Shown: positions 45,115 to 52,493 of the stretch, one piece after another | Layout: each line of letters starts with the position of its first letter | How positions within the stretch are numbered: the stretch's first letter is position 1 | NCBI GenBank assembly: GCA_016204275.1 | Contig: JACQKZ010000014.1 | Span: 1-52,493 of the forward strand | Direction of reading: 5' to 3' | Length of the DNA stretch: 52,493 bases | Source of the DNA: Nanobdellati archaeon | GTDB taxonomy: Archaea; Nanobdellota; Nanobdellia; UBA10117 | Notes under the pieces: generated by a model | The model's database searches: none | The model's input: the letters and a program-made list of their open reading frames with translations, nothing else | What the model was told of the DNA's origin: nothing | Position numbers and translations under genes: made by a program

Positions 45115-46605
45115 ATGGCTGAATTTACAAACTTACAAAAATTTCGGGCGGCAGTAGACACAGCAGGCAAGTATTTCATAGATCCGACTTATGCCGTTGT
45201 GCCGGTCGATAATGTCGAGATTGATAAATTTTATCTGTCAATGCTCTCCCTTAATTATGTTTTGCGCGGCAGGATTTTGGTAAGCGGCGAGCCGGGCTCG
45301 GGAAAAACAGTTTCAGGAAACATAATCCATGCGCTGTTCGGGCATATCCCAGTAGTTACAGCAAACGATGCCCAGATGAACTGCTCGCCAGACAAGACAG
45401 AGAATGATTTAGTGGCAAGGATGCATTTCGGAAAAATGGCCAAAGATGGAATTGAGCAGGCAATCTGGCAAAAAAGCCTGGTGTTTCCTTTTATCCACAT
45501 CGACGAGCTGAACAGGCTGACAGAGACAAGGCAGGACAACCTGCTGAACGGCATCAATAGCGGTATCTGGAACAGGTTTAATGAGACAATTATAAAAGGG
45601 CAAGTTCCGATTTTTGCCACAATAAATAATCCAGACAACGGAACATTTGATTTGATACCGCCAATATCTGACAGATTTGATTTGATGATAGAAGCACCGA
45701 CTGGCATTGCAGTTACAGATTTATATATGGCAAATGGCTTAGAGCGGGAAATCGGAAGCATCGCGCATGGCCAGCTGGAAGAGCTGGAGCCAGGCCTGCA
45801 GGAAATTGTCGGCGAGTTTGATAAACTGCTTTCAGATACAAACCTCAGCGGCAAGGACAAAATCGCAAGAGTAAATCTGATAAGAGCAAAAACTGCGGCG
45901 TGGTTTTCAGGCCAGCACGCGCATCCCGCAATAGCTTCACTGCCGCCAGCAACACACCAAATAAAAAATCGAGTTTATTTCTTGACAGAAGCAGAACAAA
46001 AAACAATTCGCGCAGAAATTAAAAAAATACCGTTCAACTCATACACCTTGGTTTATTTGGAGGCGGTCAATCAGGAAATAAACAACTCAGACTTGTTCGG
46101 CTGGAAAAGGGTGGACGATCCGCAGCCAAGGGAAGGCGTTGACGAGAACTTTGCGACCGTTCAAATAAAATCAGGGGTTTCTCCTCGGGCTATCGCCCGT
46201 ACATTCGATCTGGCCCGCGGAATCGCTTGGCTGGCTGGCTCGCCTCAGGTATACATACAACACATGCAGTTAATATTGCCTTATGTCCTTGCGCATCGTG
46301 TCCGTTATCAGTCTGATTTTATTGCAATGCATCGTATGGATAATCGCGGGCAGACACTACAGGAGAAACCCTCAGTGCCAATCTACCTTGCGCGGCGCCT
46401 GCTTGCAGGCATTGATGAGCGGTGGAACAATTCCGCGGCGAAAGTCGTTGGCGAAGTTATTAAATATCGAGATGGTGTAACTAATGACCTGCCAGACCTG
46501 TCTGTCGAGATTAAGGATGAAAAGGGAAAGAAAAAAGATACATACCCGCATCCGCTTTACCGCCACATGTTAGAGTTGCGCAGAAGGCAGGCTAAAGGTA
46601 GATAA
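45115..46605 (+). CDS. MoxR-type AAA+ ATPase
   Basis: Walker A GEPGSGKT, Walker B IHIDELNR, sensor-1 FATIN, Arg finger DRFD, sensor-2 SPRA, LAHRV. Confidence 0.88.
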   Translation: MAEFTNLQKFRAAVDTAGKYFIDPTYAVVPVDNVEIDKFYLSMLSLNYVLRGRILVSGEPGSGKTVSGNIIHALFGHIPVVTANDAQMNCSPDKTENDLVARMHFGKMAKDGIEQAIWQKSLVFPFIHIDELNRLTETRQDNLLNGINSGIWNRFNETIIKGQVPIFATINNPDNGTFDLIPPISDRFDLMIEAPTGIAVTDLYMANGLEREIGSIAHGQLEELEPGLQEIVGEFDKLLSDTNLSGKDKIARVNLIRAKTAAWFSGQHAHPAIASLPPATHQIKNRVYFLTEAEQKTIRAEIKKIPFNSYTLVYLEAVNQEINNSDLFGWKRVDDPQPREGVDENFATVQIKSGVSPRAIARTFDLARGIAWLAGSPQVYIQHMQLILPYVLAHRVRYQSDFIAMHRMDNRGQTLQEKPSVPIYLARRLLAGIDERWNNSAAKVVGEVIKYRDGVTNDLPDLSVEIKDEKGKKKDTYPHPLYRHMLELRRRQAKGR

Positions 46606-46613
46606 AACTTCAA

Positions 46614-48413
46614 ATGGCCGCAAACACATTGGAAGATACACTGGTGAATGAGTTCGATAAGCTAAAAAGAAATAAGGAGTTCCAGCCATTTCCAACGGTT
46701 ATACCAAATCCAGAATTATCAACAGTTCCGACTGCCTGCACGGATTTAAGAAAAAAGAAGACTTACGTTGGCGAGAAATTTATAGAAGAACTTGAAAAGC
46801 TCGGTGTTCCGGTGGATGTCGGAGTGCGCGGCGCCTTGAAGCACGAGATTGCACACTGGCTTTTCCACCCGCTGAATGCAGTTCCCGCGCTGGTTCTTGG
46901 CGAGATGGCACAGCGCTTGTTTGGTGATAAGGGCGAGTCGATTTACAGGGAATTTACAGACATAATCTGCAACACAAAATTAATCCTGCGCGGAAACAAT
47001 GAAATTCCGCAAATTTATGGGGCGTTGGCAAAAAAAGACACGATGATTGATATGCAAAAACTATCAGTCGCGTATTATGGCCATCAGGCAGACATGGATT
47101 TGGGAATTAAACTTAACGCGAAGCTTCAGGAAAAATTTGAGATGATGGTTGGCCGGAAGAAAACCGATGACAAGGAAGGTATCAGCGGCATCCAGTTTGT
47201 GTTTGACGATGGCAGGATATTTGAGCGCGGCGGCATGATGGATCGTGCTTCATTAATGGACCAAAGAATAAAACTAATCCGCTATGGCAGGATTGTTGAG
47301 GAGTTCGCGCCAAAAACTACTTACGTTTGCGTAATTTACTCGAATAATCAGATATCTGATGCGCTCAGGACAATAATACGCGAAGTGTCAAAGGGCGACT
47401 ACGAGCGAATTTTGAAATACGCGGTTAAAGTTCTCGGCTACAAGCCGCCGCAGAAAAGCAGTGGCAAGGGCATTGGCATTGGAGGCGGAAACTTTGATGT
47501 AGATGAATCTGTTATAGAATATTATGCAGAGCTTTCAAGGGCGTACCCGATTTTTGTCGCGAAAAAGCCAATGCTCGCGGATTCGAACGACCCTGTTCCA
47601 ATGGCGCGGGCAGAGTGGGAGCCGGAGGACGATCCAAAGACAGCAGACCTTTTTTCCAGCAACGGAAAATTGCTTCCGGGAATAACACAGAAACACATTT
47701 ACATGCCAAGCAGAAAAGCGGATGAAAAATTAAAGACACCGCACACGATTGTTATAATTGACAGCTCTGGCTCGATGGAAAATCCGGCAACAAAAAAATC
47801 CTTCGCTGTTGCTGCGGGCTGTGTTATTGCACGTACCTACTTGGAAAATGAGTCGGATGTATGCGTGGCAAATTTCAGCGGGGATACTTATGTTCTGCCA
47901 TACACGCGCAATCAGGAAAGAATTTTCAGGCAGATTGTGGCCTATCAGGGCGGCGGCACTGAAATTAATTTTGCAAAGCTCAGGAATTTATTCAAGGAGC
48001 AGTTCTTCCACCCAAGTTATAGGGATATGAAAGATTCTGAGCTTGAGCGGTTGGTTGGAAAAAATGTTCCGAAGGAGGCAATAGAAAAAAATCTCAGCGT
48101 AGACTATGAAGATATAGCGCCGAAGCCACTGGGCGAAGTTGATATATTTTGCATAACTGATGGTGGCATAGCTAATCTTGACGAAACCCTTGAATTTTTG
48201 CACAACTCTGCAACTGCTGCGCGAACACATGTAATACACGTTGGAGCGTATTTTGAGCTGAAAGGCCAGTTCCCTGCGGATGTTAGTATCTACCGCGTGG
48301 ATAAGCCCGAAGACATAATGAATATTTCTATTGGCGTATTACATCAGTATTTCGGAGAAAAAGATGAGACAGGAAAACGCGCAGCGTTTGCTAGGCCAGT
48401 TAGAGCGCCCTGA
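46614..48413 (+). CDS. vWA-domain protein with N-terminal HExxH metallopeptidase-like domain
   Basis: LKHEIAH; MIDAS IIDSSGSM...GGGT...ITDGG. Confidence 0.85.
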   Translation: MAANTLEDTLVNEFDKLKRNKEFQPFPTVIPNPELSTVPTACTDLRKKKTYVGEKFIEELEKLGVPVDVGVRGALKHEIAHWLFHPLNAVPALVLGEMAQRLFGDKGESIYREFTDIICNTKLILRGNNEIPQIYGALAKKDTMIDMQKLSVAYYGHQADMDLGIKLNAKLQEKFEMMVGRKKTDDKEGISGIQFVFDDGRIFERGGMMDRASLMDQRIKLIRYGRIVEEFAPKTTYVCVIYSNNQISDALRTIIREVSKGDYERILKYAVKVLGYKPPQKSSGKGIGIGGGNFDVDESVIEYYAELSRAYPIFVAKKPMLADSNDPVPMARAEWEPEDDPKTADLFSSNGKLLPGITQKHIYMPSRKADEKLKTPHTIVIIDSSGSMENPATKKSFAVAAGCVIARTYLENESDVCVANFSGDTYVLPYTRNQERIFRQIVAYQGGGTEINFAKLRNLFKEQFFHPSYRDMKDSELERLVGKNVPKEAIEKNLSVDYEDIAPKPLGEVDIFCITDGGIANLDETLEFLHNSATAARTHVIHVGAYFELKGQFPADVSIYRVDKPEDIMNISIGVLHQYFGEKDETGKRAAFARPVRAP

Positions 48414-49065
48414 GCCAGAGAAGCAGTTAAAAGTAGAAATAGATAGAGCTCACGAGAATTTGGTAGATAAAGTTTTGGATATATATCGGCGCGGCGACGT
48501 TTTTGGCTGTTTAACACCCATAGTAGAACTTTCGAGGAGCTTAGTACTGAGCAACAAAATTGTGAATGATGTAGTGCTCAGAATGCAGGCAGAAGGTAGA
48601 ATTGAGGCTAGTGGCAGAACTTATTCTTGGCCCGAAAAATTCGTAACTGAGCTTGTATGCTATTCGTACGCAGCTGGCTACAATGATTTCACATTAATTG
48701 GGAATTTTCAAAGAGGTCTGTTTGCAGACATACACCCATACGCGTTTGGAATGGGTGGTGTGCAAAGGCATAGCTGGAATGAAAAACTCCGTGCAACAAT
48801 CATAGGAAATGTTGGCCATTCGTTTGGAGAAAATGTCAGTGGTGTGGAACTGACGCTAAAAGGTAATATTGTTGGCGAAGAATGTTATTGTAACTGTGCC
48901 AGAGGAGCCAAAGATTCTGTTTTTAAATCCAACTTTGATGCTGCGCTAAAAGAAATAAGCATGGGCGTCGGAAAGAACTGCGCACTATATGCAATACGAA
49001 ATGGCAAAGAATATAAATATAATTTATTTTATAAGTTTGGTAGGCTTGTGGGGTTTGTAAAATAA
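48364..49065 (+). CDS. beta-helix repeat protein, paralog 5
   Basis: LGQLERPEPEKQLKVEID; LVCYSYAAGYNDF; GNVG. Confidence 0.8.
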   Translation: MRQENAQRLLGQLERPEPEKQLKVEIDRAHENLVDKVLDIYRRGDVFGCLTPIVELSRSLVLSNKIVNDVVLRMQAEGRIEASGRTYSWPEKFVTELVCYSYAAGYNDFTLIGNFQRGLFADIHPYAFGMGGVQRHSWNEKLRATIIGNVGHSFGENVSGVELTLKGNIVGEECYCNCARGAKDSVFKSNFDAALKEISMGVGKNCALYAIRNGKEYKYNLFYKFGRLVGFVK

Positions 49066-49110
49066 ATTATAATAGCGTAAGTAGGCACCGAAAATTCGTA
49101 GTTTAAAAAA

Positions 49111-49839
49111 ATGAAAAAAAACTTAAAAAAAGTGCTAGGAGATTTAGAAACGCCCACACCAGAGAAAAAGCTAAAGTCTTTTCGCGATGAAACGCTCGAA
49201 GATGCGCTTCCAAAAATTACTGTGTGCTATGAAAAAGCATTGGCACAAAGATTTGATATCGCATCAGATAATTTTAGTGGTAGAGTAGGAAAGCCAAAGC
49301 TAAAAGTTCCAAATATAGCAATCACGCCGCAAATAATTTCCGAATTTTCTGTTGAGTGCTATGGTTATGTTGATATGCCAAATTATGAAACAGCCACAGG
49401 TCTTTATCTTACGGCGCTAATACAAAAATCCTACGGGCAAGGCCACAACAATTTTTCAATTGAAACAAATGGATTAGTTGTTGGCCAATCCTTGATTGGT
49501 CTGGGCGCCTATTTAATTGGAAAAAAAGAAAATCCAATAAAAATTTTTGTCAAGGGCGATTTAGGAGTTGACTTGGGCCTGTGCGCAGAAAACATTGCAG
49601 TAGAAGTACGCGGGAATGCAGGCATGATAGTGGCGCAACGTGCGAAAAGTTCTGAGTTTGTGCTTGATGGCCTGCTGTTTGGTGCCGGGGCTTTTTCAGA
49701 GAATTGTGTTTTTAAGTCAAAATCAAAAGCAGTTCTGAGCGGTATTAAAAAAACCAAAGCCGTAACAAACGCAACGCTATACTGGGTTAACAGGCAAGGC
49801 AAAGATGTTTTGTATGCGAGAGTGACTAGCAAATTATGA
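49111..49839 (+). CDS. beta-helix repeat protein, paralog 6
   Basis: LGDLETPTPEKKLK; LIQKSYGQGHNNF; GDLG/GNAG. Confidence 0.8.
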   Translation: MKKNLKKVLGDLETPTPEKKLKSFRDETLEDALPKITVCYEKALAQRFDIASDNFSGRVGKPKLKVPNIAITPQIISEFSVECYGYVDMPNYETATGLYLTALIQKSYGQGHNNFSIETNGLVVGQSLIGLGAYLIGKKENPIKIFVKGDLGVDLGLCAENIAVEVRGNAGMIVAQRAKSSEFVLDGLLFGAGAFSENCVFKSKSKAVLSGIKKTKAVTNATLYWVNRQGKDVLYARVTSKL

Positions 49840-49843
49840 TAAG

Positions 49844-50647
49844 ATGGGGCAGGCAAACGTACAAAAGGCATTGGCTGGCTTGGAAGTTCCAACGCCAGAA
49901 AAAAGTATCAAAGTAATGCGCAGTGAAACGCTCGAGGAAACAGTAAGGCGGCTCTCCGAAGCTTATGAACGCTTTTTGCAGATGGACATTCATGATGTGT
50001 TTGAAAACGGCTATTATTTGGGTAAAGTTAGAGAGTTTGATGCGCTAAACATAACACCACAAGCCATATTTGAGTTTGTAGCTCGGCTAAGCTCGCCAGA
50101 CGAGGAAGCAGATTTTCCGCAGCGGACAGGAAATTTTATTTCAGCCATGATTCAGCGTTCCTATGATGCTGGCCACAACAATTTTGAGATATATGCCGAA
50201 AATTTAGATAGTTCTGAGAGAATTTTTTCAGAGATCGTTGGCAGCACGCAGCGCCGCATCAAACTTAAAGCCACAGGCGATTTTTTGGGTGTGGGATGTT
50301 TCCACAGATTAAAAAATGTTGACGCTAAAGTAATTGGTAGTGTGGGAGAGTCTGCGTTTTCAAGCGCATATTTATCAAATTTTGAAATTTCTGGCAGTGT
50401 TGGCGTGAGCTCTGCGCAGCTTGGCAGGTATTCGAGTTACAAGCTACTTGGCGATGTTTGCGGGAAGAATTTTGGCGTATCGACCACAGATAGCATCATT
50501 ATGCATCGCTCTGAAATTATTCTTGATGCTATTCGCAAGCAGAAGTATGCTGGCAAGTATAATAAATATTATCTGCTGAAAGACGGCAGGGAAATTCCAT
50601 ACACAACAGCGTATAGATTAAAGCAACGGGTGAAAAGCATAATATGA
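49844..50647 (+). CDS. beta-helix repeat protein, paralog 7
   Basis: LAGLEVPTPEKSIKV; MIQRSYDAGHNNF; GSVG x2; YYLLKDGREIPY shared with paralog 1. Confidence 0.8.
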   Translation: MGQANVQKALAGLEVPTPEKSIKVMRSETLEETVRRLSEAYERFLQMDIHDVFENGYYLGKVREFDALNITPQAIFEFVARLSSPDEEADFPQRTGNFISAMIQRSYDAGHNNFEIYAENLDSSERIFSEIVGSTQRRIKLKATGDFLGVGCFHRLKNVDAKVIGSVGESAFSSAYLSNFEISGSVGVSSAQLGRYSSYKLLGDVCGKNFGVSTTDSIIMHRSEIILDAIRKQKYAGKYNKYYLLKDGREIPYTTAYRLKQRVKSII

Positions 50648-50747
50648 GGCAAAAATATTTAAAAAGAACGCTTATAACAGAAAATAATTAAAAAAATATA
50701 TCTGCACAATTAGCAAACTATTTAAACCGTAACACTAACTGTCTATT

Positions 50748-51302
50748 ATGGCCACAAGTAAAAAGTCAATTACGCCGATCATCGCAATCATCCTGACAAT
50801 GATGATGGTTGTAGCAGTCGCAGGGGCTATGTTCTACTGGCTGACCAGAATTCAGGAGCAGGGGCAGGGCGGCGTTGAGAGTTTTAACACACGATTTTTT
50901 TCCACAGCAGCGACCGCAGCGAATGTAATCCGCACTAACTACAACGGCACATTTGCCAGCAATGAGTTTATGAGCGTGCTAATACAAAACACAGGCAATG
51001 CCAAAGTCGCTACTCAGGTTAATGCCACGCCTTCGGTGGAGTGGGTTGTGTCCGACTCGGCTGGCCGGACAGTATGCACACAGCCATGGAACGGCGCAGT
51101 TGGCTCAAACAGAAATGTAATCTGCTCACTGGGCTGCGGGGCAGACATTAACCCTGGCCAGATCCGCGAGCTAAGGCTGAACATCACAAGCACAGAGTGT
51201 ACTTTAGTTAATGTAACAAACGGCACCCAGATAAATTTCATAATAACATTCCAGGGCAAGGCAACCGCAGCAGGAAGCTTTGTTAAAGAAGCTTCAAGTT
51301 AG
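50748..51302 (+). CDS. archaeal type IV pilin (canonical ITPIIA N-terminus)
   Basis: SKKS/ITPIIAIILTMMMVVAVAGAMFYW; IQNTG; several N-x-S/T sequons. Confidence 0.85.
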   Translation: MATSKKSITPIIAIILTMMMVVAVAGAMFYWLTRIQEQGQGGVESFNTRFFSTAATAANVIRTNYNGTFASNEFMSVLIQNTGNAKVATQVNATPSVEWVVSDSAGRTVCTQPWNGAVGSNRNVICSLGCGADINPGQIRELRLNITSTECTLVNVTNGTQINFIITFQGKATAAGSFVKEASS

Positions 51303-51338
51303 CGATAACTTTTTAAGTTTAAGCCCAGCAGTCCGTTT

Positions 51339-51893
51339 ATGCAACAGCAGCAAGTAATCTACCCATTCCCGCCAGAAATACTAGTGCAGCCAGAATTACG
51401 CGCGGGCGATAACGATGAGTATCCCGTTTACGCAGAATCGTGCAAATGGATAGCTAAATTTGAAGACAATACAAAATATAACGTAAACGAACGGATGCAA
51501 TTTTATTTTTCTTTCGTTGAAAATCTTTTAGCATACATGAAAACGCAGAGTATTTTAGAATTACCGTTAGACTCTATAACCACCCATTACACTGGCAATG
51601 ATGGTTGGCCAATGGAAAAAGAGCATTATATTCCATTTCCAAATCGTTCGAACCTCAAACATCCGAAGATAGGTTTGGATGGCATGTTAGTGTACCAAGA
51701 GCAGAGCGAACAAAAGACTTGGTTCGGCCTGAAGAAAGTTAAAGTATCTACAAAAAAAGTCGACCTTCGCGATTTGGCTGGCATGTGTGATTTGTTTTTT
51801 GGCCAAAAAGTGCAAAGCGCAACAAAGCTTGGCCGGCTGACAATTGATTCGTTAGTTCATTCAATTATGAGCGAAGCACATATAACTAACTAA
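51339..51893 (+). CDS. hypothetical protein
   Basis: 184-aa ORF; TTTTTAAG box upstream. Confidence 0.6.
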   Translation: MQQQQVIYPFPPEILVQPELRAGDNDEYPVYAESCKWIAKFEDNTKYNVNERMQFYFSFVENLLAYMKTQSILELPLDSITTHYTGNDGWPMEKEHYIPFPNRSNLKHPKIGLDGMLVYQEQSEQKTWFGLKKVKVSTKKVDLRDLAGMCDLFFGQKVQSATKLGRLTIDSLVHSIMSEAHITN

Positions 51894-52095
51894 TTTTTTA
51901 TCTCATGGACACGGCAACTTGGACTCTTTCGGAAGCTTCATACTCTGTCAGATAGCATTCCCGAATATTCGTATATTAAATTATATATAACGCATATAAA
52001 ACAATATATAATAACATCTAAGTTAAAAAAACTAAAAAATAAAATAAAAGAAGGTGCTTTGCCTTGCTTTAGCTTTAATCCCAATTCTCAGAGAC

Positions 52096-52383
52096 TTACT
52101 TTAGTCTGCTGAAAATTTGGATAGCCATCGCAATGGCGCCTATCAACACTAGGATAAAGGCGATCACTGCAAACACGACGTTAATCCAGCCCACGGCTGT
52201 CGTAACGCTCGGCACTCTGTCCGCTACTTCGGACAGTACCGGTGTCAAAAGCAGGAATACTGAACCTGATGCAAAGTATCCGAGCTCCTTTCGCAGTTGG
52301 TCTACGTAGCCGCTGAACTTTAGGAATGCTAATCCTAACAGCAGGCCCACGCCTACACCCAATGTTCCTTCCAAAAAGGCCAT
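52096..52383 (-). CDS. small 3-TM membrane protein
   Basis: Three hydrophobic helices; GGAGGT RBS upstream. Confidence 0.7.
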   Translation of the reverse strand: MAFLEGTLGVGVGLLLGLAFLKFSGYVDQLRKELGYFASGSVFLLLTPVLSEVADRVPSVTTAVGWINVVFAVIAFILVLIGAIAMAIQIFSRLK

Positions 52384-52493
52384 TTTTTACCTCCTATACT
52401 TAATTAGCTATTATCGGAAGCAGTATATATAAAAGTTAGTCACAACTCGGAAGTTTTTGTCATTTTATAGAAATTACTATAATAGTATATAAA

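Noticed and set aside
42239-50647. Formylmethanofuran dehydrogenase subunit C or glutamate synthase genes
   Set aside because: Only short GxxG repeats are shared, no partner subunits are present, and seven diverged copies argue against a metabolic enzyme
42239-50647. Diversity-generating retroelement targets
   Set aside because: No reverse transcriptase or TR/VR pair with adenine-specific differences was seen
1095-51259. Many short antisense or alternate-frame ORFs in the track
   Set aside because: Shadow ORFs fully overlapping better-supported genes
1-52493. CRISPR array or cas genes
   Set aside because: No regularly spaced repeat-spacer array; the direct repeats occur only as isolated pairs with different sequences

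Overview
Archaeal genomic DNA, most consistent with a DPANN (Nanoarchaeota/Woesearchaeota-like) organism. This is inferred from archaeal FEN-1, TrpRS, Trm5, Dph5 and uL16, TATA boxes about 25 bp upstream of apparently leaderless starts, and Cys-rich and class III signal peptide surface proteins. Layout: (1) 1-10 kb housekeeping genes plus a tRNA-Trp(CCA) split by two ~95-nt introns; (2) 7.7-20.5 kb orphan helical and membrane proteins; (3) 20.6-38.3 kb a very large type IV pilus locus (PilB-like ATPase, PilC/TadC-like platform, ~17 pilin-like ORFs from 38 to ~880 aa); (4) 42.2-50.6 kb a MoxR-type AAA+ ATPase and a HExxH+vWA gene embedded in seven diverged paralogous beta-helix-like genes sharing an N-terminal motif, the best candidate for an undescribed system; (5) several ~75-130 bp hairpin-rich inserts, most flanked by 10-26 bp direct repeats, one of which splits the start of the ribosomal uL16 gene. 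All calls come from reading motifs by eye; no database searches were run.
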